From Oscillospiraceae bacterium (lineage in GTDB: Bacteria > Bacillota > Clostridia > Oscillospirales > Acutalibacteraceae), in assembly GCA_015066175.1 (NCBI GenBank), contig SVOW01000013.1, positions 38,562-102,561 of the forward strand: 64,000 bases of DNA. Reading direction: 5' to 3'. Under the pieces are notes generated by a model, which saw nothing but the letters and a program-made list of their open reading frames with translations, was not told where the DNA came from and did no database searches. The first letter of the stretch is position 1; every line of letters begins with the position of its first letter. Shown piece after piece: positions 54,058 through 63,551 of this stretch. Made by a program: the position numbers and the translations under genes.

Positions 54058-54600
54058 TTATCTGTGGAATCTGCCTGCCAATTCATTGTCGATTTCTTTC
54101 GGATATTTTGTTGACAACATCATCAGTGAAAGCAATGCTATCACGGCAGAGCCTAAAGCAAAATAAGCCTGACCGATAGCGTTTGTTGTGATATAGCCTG
54201 CAAGGGTGATAATGCCGTCAAACAACGCAAGCATTATAAAATAAATTGCACCGCGCGCGTGGCGTTTTTTGTCAGTCAGCGAAGTTACAAGGTAAACGAT
54301 AGCTGCAACTGCAAAAATCACAGGCAAAACAGTATAAAGTGCTGTGTTGAAAAAATCAAATATCTTTGACACAGCAAGGATAACTGCAGAAAGTATCACA
54401 ACGCCCAGCATTAACCATTTGCCGAAATACACATCATTTTTCTGAATATAATATTTCAGCGGTCTTAATTCGCCGTATTCGGGATATTCTGCAACTTTCA
54501 TATTTTCAATCAACGGTTTTTCGTCTGCAGCTTTTGCACCGCACAACGGGCAGACCGTTACGTTTTCCCCAAGGTCAACGTTACATTCTGTACATCTCAT
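54058..54600 (-). CDS. Zinc-ribbon membrane protein
   Basis: N-terminal CTECNVDLGENVTVCPLCG, followed by four hydrophobic helices. Confidence 0.6.
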   Translation of the reverse strand: MRCTECNVDLGENVTVCPLCGAKAADEKPLIENMKVAEYPEYGELRPLKYYIQKNDVYFGKWLMLGVVILSAVILAVSKIFDFFNTALYTVLPVIFAVAAIVYLVTSLTDKKRHARGAIYFIMLALFDGIITLAGYITTNAIGQAYFALGSAVIALLSLMMLSTKYPKEIDNELAGRFHR

Positions 54601-54612
54601 TTATTTTTCCTC

Positions 54613-55920
54613 TCAATCGTTACACTCAATTCTTACACGCACGCCTCTTTCACTGAGCACGCGGAAGAAAGTACGCTGAACATCCGTTTTCTTTGAATCA
54701 CTTGTGAAAGAAATATTTATCATTGAATTATAGGTAATCATTGCACAAAGAAGCTTCTTTGTGGGGCTTGAGCCTAAAAGGCATTCAACGCGTTCAACGT
54801 GTTCATACATTTCGGGCGGAAGTTTCACAATGCCCAGATTTGTCATACCGCTTGTGAATTTATTTTCACCTGCGTGGTCAAAAATGAACTGCATAACAGG
54901 TTTCTTAAGGAAATTGGGCACTACACGTAAAATGGGGTTTGAAGCATCCCTTGCGTTAACGCAAATCATCTTGTGCAATTCTTCTGTGTCAAGACCTGCT
55001 TCAAGCTTACCTTTCACCATTTCAAAAATTTCTTCAAAAGTAATATCTGTTCTGCCTTTGGGGTTGAAGCCTACATTTGTAAAGTAAGAGAAGTTTCTCA
55101 ATGATTTTGATTCAAAACGTGTTCTCAGGCTTGCAGGAATTGAAATTTTGATAGGTTTGTTAACAGGGCCCGGTGCATTTTTGTAGAAAGCATAAAGATA
55201 TGCAACCATAAGAAACTCAGTAATAGTCATTGAATGTGCCTTTGCAGCTGCTTTCAAATCTTCAACGGGAATAAGACCGTGGATTATTTTATAATAATTT
55301 TTGATAGCAGGTGCTTTGTAGCAATAAGCAGTTTCTTCCTTACGGCTTAAGCCTTTTTTCTTCTTATCATAATGCTTGCGGAAACTGTCTTCAAATTCGT
55401 ATTTTTTCGGTTTTTCTTCAATATCTGCAATATCTTCTGTTCTTGTGATTTTCACACCTTTGAGTTCAAGATAACGTGCAACAAGTGTTTTGTTGAAAAC
55501 AAGCGCAGCACCGCCATCGCAGATAGCGTGGAAAGTTTCAATTGAAATTCTGTTTTTATAGTAAAGCACACGCATTGCAGGTTTTGTGCTTTCACAAATC
55601 TGAATATATCTGCAAGGATAATAATCTTCAGGCTCAACTATATCAAGGTCGTCTTTTCTTTCAAAATAATACCAGAAAAGCCCTGATTTTACGTTTACGA
55701 AATATCCCGGAAAACGCGGTGCAATATCTTTAAGTGCCTGCCTGAGAATATCAGGGTCCACTTCTTCTTTCATAATAAATGCAAATCTGTATACAGTGCA
55801 CCAACCGTAGCGACGTGCATTAGGATAAATTGTTGCGGCAACATCAAGGGGAAACCACTGGGGAACTTCACATACTTCCTCGCAGTCTTCCTTGATGGGG
55901 TTAATTTTCCAATCAGTCAT
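54613..55920 (-). CDS. HxxxD-motif acyltransferase (condensation / alcohol-acyltransferase-like fold)
   Basis: ETFHAICDGGAALVF is an HxxxDG motif. About 435 aa. ATG 55920 lies 8 nt after GGAAGGG and overlaps the upstream gene by 8 nt. Confidence 0.55.
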   Translation of the reverse strand: MTDWKINPIKEDCEEVCEVPQWFPLDVAATIYPNARRYGWCTVYRFAFIMKEEVDPDILRQALKDIAPRFPGYFVNVKSGLFWYYFERKDDLDIVEPEDYYPCRYIQICESTKPAMRVLYYKNRISIETFHAICDGGAALVFNKTLVARYLELKGVKITRTEDIADIEEKPKKYEFEDSFRKHYDKKKKGLSRKEETAYCYKAPAIKNYYKIIHGLIPVEDLKAAAKAHSMTITEFLMVAYLYAFYKNAPGPVNKPIKISIPASLRTRFESKSLRNFSYFTNVGFNPKGRTDITFEEIFEMVKGKLEAGLDTEELHKMICVNARDASNPILRVVPNFLKKPVMQFIFDHAGENKFTSGMTNLGIVKLPPEMYEHVERVECLLGSSPTKKLLCAMITYNSMINISFTSDSKKTDVQRTFFRVLSERGVRVRIECND

Positions 55921-56332
55921 TTGCATTTCCCTTCCAGTTTTCATTTTTCTCTATTTTATATATACTCTGGCTTTCAATATCCATAATGGGTATAATAATA
56001 GGCATAATTCCTGAGTTTGCAGTAACAGTTGTAATCAGGCTTCTTGTGTAAGGGAAAAGAGTGTTGAATGTTTCTTTATGAAGCACTTCACGGGGGGCTT
56101 CCTTAAACTCAAAAAGACCCGACATCACAACTTTAAGGTTGAAAGTTTCAGGCTCTGATTTATCCTGAATTTCAACTGTAAGCTCACCTCGGCAGGTGCC
56201 GTTATTTGCATATTTCACGTTATAGGCATACTTTGTCTGTATTTCCATCGGTGTTGTTTTTGTTCTTTTGTTTACAAAAACAATTTCATCTGCCCTGTAG
56301 CCTTTAAGTGTTGCATTAATCATATTTTTCAC
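55913..56332 (-). CDS. SecB-like chaperone
   Basis: TFNTLFPYTRSLITTVTANSGIMPIIIPIMDI aligns with E. coli SecB [32 protein letters not shown]. The N-terminal strands FNLKVVMSGLFEF correspond to FLCEVQQGGIFSI. Confidence 0.6.
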   Translation of the reverse strand: MKNMINATLKGYRADEIVFVNKRTKTTPMEIQTKYAYNVKYANNGTCRGELTVEIQDKSEPETFNLKVVMSGLFEFKEAPREVLHKETFNTLFPYTRSLITTVTANSGIMPIIIPIMDIESQSIYKIEKNENWKGNAND

Positions 56333-56546
56333 TCCTGTTATTAAACAAAATACAAAATAATTTTATCACATTGCATTATCTTTTACAATAAATATCTGAA
56401 ATTTTTTAATTTTTAACATTTCAGCATCTTTCGAAAAAGTTGTTGAAAGTCTGAAAAATTATTATAAATTATTCTCACTGCTTGACAATATCCTGAAAAA
56501 AGATATAATTATATTGTAGATTAACATTGAAAGGAGATTTGTAAAC

Positions 56547-56762
56547 ATGGATATTAACGGTATCATCACTATGGTAACAGAGTTCTTCTCAAGCATCCCC
56601 TGGGAAAACGTAATCGGCGCTTTCAAGAACAGTATCGCAGGTATCAATTGGGATTCTCTCGAAAAACTTTTTGCAGGTATTGACTTCTCAAACGGAGCTC
56701 TTCAGACTGCAATCGACGCTTTTGTTGGTTTCTTCGAAACACTTTTCGGCACAGTAGCATAA
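56547..56762 (+). CDS. Small acidic helical protein (71 aa), unknown function
   Basis: RBS GAAAGGAGA lies 9 nt before the ATG. Promoter TTGACA-16nt-TATAAT at 56482-56509. Terminator at 56791-56820. Confidence 0.6.
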   Translation: MDINGIITMVTEFFSSIPWENVIGAFKNSIAGINWDSLEKLFAGIDFSNGALQTAIDAFVGFFETLFGTVA

Positions 56763-56790
56763 TTGTTACATACAACTGAAACGACAAAGA

Positions 56791-56820
56791 AAAAGGTGTA
56801 TCTGAAAAGATACACCTTTT
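56791..56820. terminator. Bidirectional terminator
   Basis: AAAAGGTGTATC tgaaaa GATACACCTTTT. Confidence 0.75.
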
Positions 56821-56842
56821 AGTTTTATTTATTCTGTTTTTG

Positions 56843-58555
56843 TCAGAATTCAGGCACACCGGTGTCTGAACCGTTATCCGGTGGCGGTGCCGCTGTAACA
56901 GGCGGCTCTGTCACTATGGGGTCGGTAGGCGGAGTTGTCTGCGGCGGCAAGGTTGTGTCATCTTCTTCCCAGGGCCAACCGCTGTTTCCTGTGGTTTCGC
57001 CTGTGTAACCTTCGCCTGTATAGCCTTCACCTGTGTAGCCCTCACCTGTGTATCCTTCGCCTGTGTAGCCCTCGCCTGTGAGAGTTTCTCCTGACAATGT
57101 TTCGCCTGTGTAGTTACCTGTGTAGTAGTTTGAACCACCGTTTGACTGAGGCTTCTGCTGGAGATAAGTTGTAAGAATATTGATACGGTTGGGATCAAGG
57201 GCAATGTTTGTTCTTCCGTAAAGAAGTTTCTGCAACTGCTGTGCAGCAAGCGGATAGTCAACAGCCCAGCATGATGCACCGTTGATTGTCGCTGTTGCTC
57301 TTGTTTCCTCAGTGGGGAAAGTTTCCTGATTCATCTTGTAATCTATCCAGTTTTCCGTAAGAGCCTGTTTACCATAATTAAGGATTACCGTCTGGTCCAT
57401 ATTTGTTTTAAGGTAAGGAAGAACTGCTTTGATTGCATTGTAAAGTTCAGTAAGTGATGCACCCTGAACCTTGCTCATAATGCCCATAATAACATTACGC
57501 TGGTTACCTGTACGGCTCACGTCACTGTCAGTGTAATAATATCTGATTCTTGAATAAGCAAGTGCCTGTGCACCGTTAAGGAGCACTGCATCGCCTGATG
57601 TAACATAATGCCTTGTTGTTCTGTTGATATATGATGCAAGCCCCGGCTCAATAGGCACATTAACGCCGCCGAGAGCATCAACAACATTTTCAAAAGAATC
57701 AAAATAAACGCTTGCGTAATAATCGATGTCTACTTTATAGTTTTTCTCAACAGTGTCGATAACGCCTTTAGGTCCACCGTATACACAAGCAGAGTTGATT
57801 TTTTCATATCTGTCTCTGCCGTCAACATTCATATAAATATAACTGTCACGCATAATTGACGCAAGAGTAATTGTCTTTGTTGACTTGTTTACTGATGCAA
57901 TAATCAACGAGTCGGCTCTGCCGTTTGAATTTTCGCCGCCATCGCCGTCCTGACCGATAAGCAGAATGTTGATAACGTTATCGCTATCCATAATTTCGCC
58001 GCCGTTTGTTGCCCAATCCTTGAGTTTGCCGTTAAGAGATGTGGCGTCAGAAACCTCGTACATGGTTTCAAAGTTTTCTTCAGGTGACAATGTCTGACCG
58101 GGCTGAGTAGGAATAGCTCCGCCTTCGTCAAAAATGCTGTCCATAGTACCTTTGAAAGAAATAAGTATACCAAGCACAAGAACAATACAAACTGATAAAA
58201 TTGTAATCAATAAAGAATAAAGAACTTTTTTTGCTGTACTTCCTTTTTCTTCCACAACCATAACCTCTTGTTCTTTTCTGTGCTTATTTTTTTTCGAAGC
58301 ACTGTGGTCTGATTTTCTCTCTTCAAAAACAACCTCTGCACTGCTCTGGACAACTTGATTCTGATAAGCTTCAGGTATAGCAACATTATCCTGAGGTATT
58401 TCATCCTCAATTTCAATACGGTCATTCATAAATGAAAAAGCATCTTCAGTAAGCTCGTCAATATTACTATTGCCTTTGTTGAAACTAATAAAGAGGTCGT
58501 TTCTGTTTTCAGAAACTTTATCTCTATTATTCCTCTCGCTCATAAAGTTATTCAC
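56843..58555 (-). CDS. LytR-CpsA-Psr (LCP) family protein with a repeat-containing, Pro/Thr-rich C-terminal tail
   Basis: TM anchor VLYSLLITILSVCIVLVLGILI. LCP core INILLIGQD...GRADSLIIASVNKSTKTITLASIMRDSY. Confidence 0.85.
   Translation of the reverse strand: MNNFMSERNNRDKVSENRNDLFISFNKGNSNIDELTEDAFSFMNDRIEIEDEIPQDNVAIPEAYQNQVVQSSAEVVFEERKSDHSASKKNKHRKEQEVMVVEEKGSTAKKVLYSLLITILSVCIVLVLGILISFKGTMDSIFDEGGAIPTQPGQTLSPEENFETMYEVSDATSLNGKLKDWATNGGEIMDSDNVINILLIGQDGDGGENSNGRADSLIIASVNKSTKTITLASIMRDSYIYMNVDGRDRYEKINSACVYGGPKGVIDTVEKNYKVDIDYYASVYFDSFENVVDALGGVNVPIEPGLASYINRTTRHYVTSGDAVLLNGAQALAYSRIRYYYTDSDVSRTGNQRNVIMGIMSKVQGASLTELYNAIKAVLPYLKTNMDQTVILNYGKQALTENWIDYKMNQETFPTEETRATATINGASCWAVDYPLAAQQLQKLLYGRTNIALDPNRINILTTYLQQKPQSNGGSNYYTGNYTGETLSGETLTGEGYTGEGYTGEGYTGEGYTGEGYTGETTGNSGWPWEEDDTTLPPQTTPPTDPIVTEPPVTAAPPPDNGSDTGVPEF
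56987..57106 (-). repeat. 15-bp in-frame tandem repeat encoding GE(G/T)(Y/L)(T/S) pentapeptides, about 8 units
   Basis: Protein reads GETLSGETLTGEGYTGEGYTGEGYTGEGYTGEGYTGETTG. The DNA units differ at wobble positions. Confidence 0.85.
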
Positions 58556-58726
58556 TTCCTAATCATTTCTTACGAATATATATTATCTCACATAATCATT
58601 ATATGTTTTTTCTTAATTGGAAATATGATACAAAAATATAATTAACAATTATTAAGTAGTTTAAAATTTTATGTTTATTGTAATAAAAAATTAACAATTT
58701 AATAAAAATTTGTATTTGTTTTAAGG

Positions 58727-58755
58727 TTGACAATGTACCATTTATATAGTATAAT
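58727..58755 (+). promoter_or_regulatory. rpsU promoter
   Basis: TTGACA, a 17-nt spacer, then TATAAT. Confidence 0.6.
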
Positions 58756-58809
58756 TGAATCCGTTAATACTAAATTTTGCCCCTGCAAACAGCGGAGGGA
58801 GGGAATAAA

Positions 58810-58986
58810 ATGAGTCAGGTAAAAGTTAAAGAAAACGAATCACTCGACAGCGCACTCAGAAGATTTAAGAGACAGACTTCAAGAGACGGCGTTATTCAGG
58901 AAGTTCGTAAAAGAGAGCACTATGAAAAACCTTCTGTTAAAAGAAAGAAGAAATCAGAAGCTGCTCGTAAACGCAAATTCAAATAA
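58810..58986 (+). CDS. rpsU: 30S ribosomal protein S21
   Basis: [58 protein letters not shown]. The RBS is GGAGGGAGGG. Confidence 0.95.
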   Translation: MSQVKVKENESLDSALRRFKRQTSRDGVIQEVRKREHYEKPSVKRKKKSEAARKRKFK

Positions 58987-59045
58987 GCATTTAGAAAGGA
59001 CAAGTAAACACTTGTCCTTTTTGCTTTCTGACCTGGAGTGATTTT

Positions 59046-60110
59046 ATGAATAATATAGAAAAACTTGCATCTGAATTAAAAAAGCACGAATGTCTACTGA
59101 TTCAGAGTGAAGTCAACAGAAAATATATCACAGGCTTTTCCTCAAGTGCAGGATATGTAGTTGTGGGCAATAACGGCTCTGCCTTTTTCACTGATTCAAG
59201 ATATATCGAAGCCGCCGAAGAAAGCATCACCGCCTGCCCTGTCCATCTTCTGAAGGATTTCAAAGAAGATGTGGCACAATATATTTTTGAACACGGATAT
59301 TCAAAAGTACACATTGAAACAGAAAGCACACCTGTTGCACGATTGAATTTTCTTGTAAAAATGCTGAAAAAAGCAAAAATCTGCGCCGATGGAAAGCTTG
59401 ATAACAACCTTTCACGGTTAAGGCAGATAAAAAATCAGGAAGAAGTTTCAAAAATCAAAAAAGCACAGGAAATTGCTGAAAAAGCATTTGATGACATTTT
59501 ATCTTTCATCAAACCCGGTGTGAGCGAAATTGAAATTGCTGCAAGGCTCGAAAATATAATGCGAATCAACGGCTCTGAAGGTTTTTCTTTTGACACAATC
59601 GCAATTGCAGGCAAAAACACATCAAAGCCTCACGGTGTGCCCACTGATAACAAAGTTAAAAGCGGCGATTTTGTCACAATGGATTTCGGCGCAGTTTATG
59701 ATTCTTACAGAAGTGATATGACAAGGACTGTTGCCGTAGGTGAAGTCAGCACAAAGCAGGCAGAAGTTTATAACATTGTTTTATCTGCCCAGGAAGAAGC
59801 ACTTAAAATTCTCAAAGCAGGAATAAAATGTGCTGATGCAGACAAAGCAGCGCGTGATATAATCAGAAATGCAGGCTACGGCGAATTTTTCGGACATACA
59901 TTAGGTCATGGTGTGGGAATAGAGGTACACGAAGCACCTAACCTTGCACCAAAAAGCAAAGCAATTCTCAAAGAAGGAAATGTCGTGACCGTTGAGCCCG
60001 GAATTTATCTTCCCAACGAATTCGGTGTGAGAATAGAAGATTTTGTTGTGATAACAGAATCAGGATATACAAATCTTACATCATCGCCAAAAAATCTTAT
60101 AGTATTATAA
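59046..60110 (+). CDS. M24-family Xaa-Pro aminopeptidase
   Basis: Metal ligands in FVTMDFGAVYDSYRSDMTRT, GHTLGHGVGIEVHE, VTVEPGIY and IEDFVV. Confidence 0.88.
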   Translation: MNNIEKLASELKKHECLLIQSEVNRKYITGFSSSAGYVVVGNNGSAFFTDSRYIEAAEESITACPVHLLKDFKEDVAQYIFEHGYSKVHIETESTPVARLNFLVKMLKKAKICADGKLDNNLSRLRQIKNQEEVSKIKKAQEIAEKAFDDILSFIKPGVSEIEIAARLENIMRINGSEGFSFDTIAIAGKNTSKPHGVPTDNKVKSGDFVTMDFGAVYDSYRSDMTRTVAVGEVSTKQAEVYNIVLSAQEEALKILKAGIKCADADKAARDIIRNAGYGEFFGHTLGHGVGIEVHEAPNLAPKSKAILKEGNVVTVEPGIYLPNEFGVRIEDFVVITESGYTNLTSSPKNLIVL

Positions 60111-60144
60111 AAGAAAAAGCAGGAGTTAAACTCCTGCTTTTTTA

Positions 60145-60873
60145 TTAAAGTCCTTTTTCGTTGAGATAAGCCTCTGCTTTTTCAAGAATCGCCTTATCAT
60201 TTTCAAACTTGAGAGTTGAAAGTGCGTTATCATACTGAAGCCATATATAGTCTTCAATTTCTTCACGCTGGATGATTGTCTGGGTATCACTTGTGCGTGC
60301 AAGGAAGATAGAAACTGATTTTTCGATTTTGCCCTGAATTGAATAATTTGATTTTTCTACAAAATCAGGGAAAATATCGATGTGAATACCTGTTTCTTCA
60401 AGCACTTCACGCCTTGCTGTGTCTTCATCAGTTTCCCCGCGTTCAATGTGACCTTTCGGGAAGCCCCAATGTGCACTTCTTCTGTTTTTAATAAGAAGAT
60501 AACGGCGCATACCGTTTATGATTCTGTAAACAACAGCACCGCAGGAATATTCATAAAGGCAATCAAGATGATATTTGCTTTTTCCTTCTGCATGTTTTAC
60601 GGCATCTTCAATCTGTGCCTGGATAAAACGCATCCTTTTTGGTGCAACAACATATACCACTGAGCCTGTGGCACGTCTGATTCTTGCAATTACTCTGCCG
60701 TCAAAATTCCTTACAGGATGGTTTATGCCCATAATATATGCCCACTGCGCATTTGTGCCGGGCTTGGTAGCATAATGCATTATTCCGTAGTTGAGCTGAT
60801 ATTTGTAACCAAACTGCTTATTGTAGGAATTAATAGGCTGAGTAACTTTTACTCTGACATATTTTCCTAACAT
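60145..60873 (-). CDS. NUDIX hydrolase with an uncharacterised ~100-aa N-terminal domain
   Basis: Nudix box GHIERGETDEDTARREVLEETG. Confidence 0.8.
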   Translation of the reverse strand: MLGKYVRVKVTQPINSYNKQFGYKYQLNYGIMHYATKPGTNAQWAYIMGINHPVRNFDGRVIARIRRATGSVVYVVAPKRMRFIQAQIEDAVKHAEGKSKYHLDCLYEYSCGAVVYRIINGMRRYLLIKNRRSAHWGFPKGHIERGETDEDTARREVLEETGIHIDIFPDFVEKSNYSIQGKIEKSVSIFLARTSDTQTIIQREEIEDYIWLQYDNALSTLKFENDKAILEKAEAYLNEKGL

Positions 60874-61072
60874 TTTTTCTCCCTCTGGGTGTAACGGCCT
60901 GAGAAAAAGACCGAAAAACGGTCACCGATTACACAATTAAACTGAATATGCTGATATTATACTACTTTCAGAAAAAAATACAAGGGGAAAAGACAAATTT
61001 TTTAAATTGGTTTTATATTTATCTGATTATGAATAGAATATACAAAACATATATGAAGGGTGAAAGAGAAAA

Positions 61073-61834
61073 ATGAAAACAATTTTCCTGACCAAGAAAA
61101 AGCTTGCAGTGATTTGTATAGTGCTGATTCTGCTCATATTATTCGCCATAACAGGAATAAGCCGCACAGCAATAACAACAGTAGCACAAAAAAGAATGTT
61201 GCCGATTTATTGCGTCGACACTGAAAAGAAATGTGTTGCCCTCACCTTTGATGCTGCATGGGGTAACGAAGATACGCAGGACCTGATTGATACATTGAAA
61301 AAATACAACGCCAAAGCCACGTTTTTTCTTGTGGGAAGCTGGGTTGACAAATATCCCGAAAGTGTAAAAGCACTTGCAGACGCAGGCCACAGCATACAGA
61401 ATCATTCAAATTCCCATCCTAACCTGCCACAACTTTCAACAGAAGGAATAACAAAGGAAATTACCCTTTGCAACGAGAAAATCCAGAAAATCACCAAAAA
61501 ATGCCCCACACTTATCCGACCGCCTTACGGTGATTACAGCAACAATGTAATCGAAGCTGTAAACGGATTGGGAATGTATACAATCCAATGGGACGTAGAT
61601 TCCCTTGACTGGAAAGACTTGTCTGCAGATGAAATTTACAACAGAGTGGTAAACAAAGTGCAGAATGGCTCTATTGTGCTGTTTCATAACGCAGCACTCA
61701 ACACACCTGAAGCATTGGGAAAAATTCTCGAAACACTTTCAAAAGACGGATATAAATTCGTAACAGTAGAAGAATTGATTTATAAAAAAGATTATACAAT
61801 TGACCATACCGGAAAACAATTCAAGTCAGAATAA
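61073..61834 (+). CDS. Polysaccharide deacetylase (CE4 / NodB homology, PdaA-like)
   Basis: TFDAAWGNEDT, ATFFLVGSW, HSNSHP and LFHN. Confidence 0.85.
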   Translation: MKTIFLTKKKLAVICIVLILLILFAITGISRTAITTVAQKRMLPIYCVDTEKKCVALTFDAAWGNEDTQDLIDTLKKYNAKATFFLVGSWVDKYPESVKALADAGHSIQNHSNSHPNLPQLSTEGITKEITLCNEKIQKITKKCPTLIRPPYGDYSNNVIEAVNGLGMYTIQWDVDSLDWKDLSADEIYNRVVNKVQNGSIVLFHNAALNTPEALGKILETLSKDGYKFVTVEELIYKKDYTIDHTGKQFKSE

Positions 61835-61877
61835 ATTCAGATATCATTGACGTCTGTTTTTATAGTAGCAACAAAAA

Positions 61878-62281
61878 CACCGCCGTGTCATTCTCGAACG
61901 TTAGTGAAGAATCTCGGCGGTGTTAAGTTTTATGTGTTGCCATTTTGAGATTCTTCGCTTATGCTGGGGGGATGACAACAAAATGGCAAGGTTGGTTGCA
62001 TAAAAATTATAATTTTCAGCTATTACTGATGTTGGTTTTATAATGATTTGCAAGCACGATGCCCATATCTGGTTTTTCAAATTATAATTTATAGTGCAAT
62101 TAATTTTAACATTGTAGGGTTTGGCGCTTGCCGACGAGCCTTGTAAAAATAATATATAAAACCAACGGCAACAACGTAGGGGAGCCGTTTCGGCTCCCGC
62201 GAAATTTCATCATAGTTCATGGCGGGACGGGCAACCCGTCCCCTACGATACAGCCGCAAATATACGGATAAATTATAATTT
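61878..62281. repeat. Composite REP cluster with three AAATTATAATTT palindromes
   Basis: Hairpin CACCGCCG/CGGCGGTG at 61878-61922. Palindromes at 62004-62015, 62079-62090 and 62270-62281. REP hairpins: GTAGGGTTTGGCGCTTGCCGAC (62114-62140), GTAGGGGAGCCGTTTCGGCTCCC (62176-62200) and an inverted GTAGGGGACGGGTTGCCCGTCCC (62221-62247). Confidence 0.85.
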
Positions 62282-62408
62282 TAAAAAACTCGCTATGGGC
62301 ACTGAACTGACTGATTATTCTGGAACTCACATCAGTGATAGCTGAAAATAATGATAGTTGAAAAAACAGTTTTAATCTGTTATACTTTTTTTGAAAGGAG
62401 TAAGAAAT

Positions 62409-63494
62409 ATGATTAACGAAATGATAAAGAAGTTGAATCTACCCTCACCGCTTGAAATAACAGGCAACAGAATTTCCACTGTGGAAGAATGGGAAAAGGC
62501 GAGGCCCGTTGTGTTGAAAACAATGCTTGAAAACGAATACGGATATATGCCTGAAGACCCTGAAAATGTAAATTTTGAGATAAAAGAATTTGACGAAAGA
62601 AGATACTGTGCCGGCAAGGCTTACTTTGCAAAAGTTGAAATCACATCAACCATAAACGGAGAAAACTTCACATTCCCCGTTACATATGTATATCCTAAAA
62701 AAGGCGAAAAGCACAAAACTATTGTGCACATAAACTTCAGACCAAATGTGCCTGACGAATATATGCCTACAGAAGAAATTATCGACAACGGCTTCGGTTG
62801 TGCTTCTTTCTGCTATAAAGATGTAACAAGCGACGACGGCGATTTCACAAACGGCCTTGCAGGTATTATATATAAGGATAAAGAGCGTACACTTCACTCA
62901 CCGGGCAAAATTGCAATGTGGGCGTGGGCAGCAATGCGTGTGATGGATTTTCTGCAAACAAGGGATGAAGTCGACAAAAACGCAATCACTGTTGCAGGTC
63001 ATTCACGCCTTGGCAAAACTGCACTACTTACTGCTGCTGTTGACACACGCTTTGCATGTGCACATTCAAACTGTGCAGGATGCAGCGGTGATGCTCTTAA
63101 CAGAGGTAAAATTGACGGAAACGAAACAATAGGTCACATCACAAGAGTTTTCCCCTATTGGTTCTGCGAAAAATATAAAGAATTTGCAGAGAAAGATGAT
63201 GAAACACCTTTTGACCAGCATTTTATGCACGCACTTATTGCACCGCGTAAAGTTCACGTTGCTTCTGCAGAAAAAGACCTTTGGGCTGCACAGCCACAGC
63301 AGTTTCTGGCATGCGTTGCAGCAGATGAAATTTACAAAATTTACGGAATAAAAGGTTTTGTTTATGAAGAAGACGATTTCCTTAAAGCAGGCAAATTCTT
63401 AAATGACGGAAACATTGGATTCTGTTACAGAGAAGGGGTACACTATTTCTCCCGCGATGACTGGCACGGTCTGATGGATTTTTTAAACAAATAA
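62409..63494 (+). CDS. Alpha/beta hydrolase, probable CE15-like glucuronoyl esterase
   Basis: GHSRLGKTALL resembles the CE15 GxSRxGK nucleophile motif. The N-terminal STVEEWEKARPVVLKTMLENEYGYMP pattern also fits. ATG 62409 follows AAAGGAG. Confidence 0.65.
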   Translation: MINEMIKKLNLPSPLEITGNRISTVEEWEKARPVVLKTMLENEYGYMPEDPENVNFEIKEFDERRYCAGKAYFAKVEITSTINGENFTFPVTYVYPKKGEKHKTIVHINFRPNVPDEYMPTEEIIDNGFGCASFCYKDVTSDDGDFTNGLAGIIYKDKERTLHSPGKIAMWAWAAMRVMDFLQTRDEVDKNAITVAGHSRLGKTALLTAAVDTRFACAHSNCAGCSGDALNRGKIDGNETIGHITRVFPYWFCEKYKEFAEKDDETPFDQHFMHALIAPRKVHVASAEKDLWAAQPQQFLACVAADEIYKIYGIKGFVYEEDDFLKAGKFLNDGNIGFCYREGVHYFSRDDWHGLMDFLNK

Positions 63495-63551
63495 CTCTGT
63501 ATATATATATAGAAAAGCGACTGAATGATTAATTCAGTCGCTTTAATTGTT

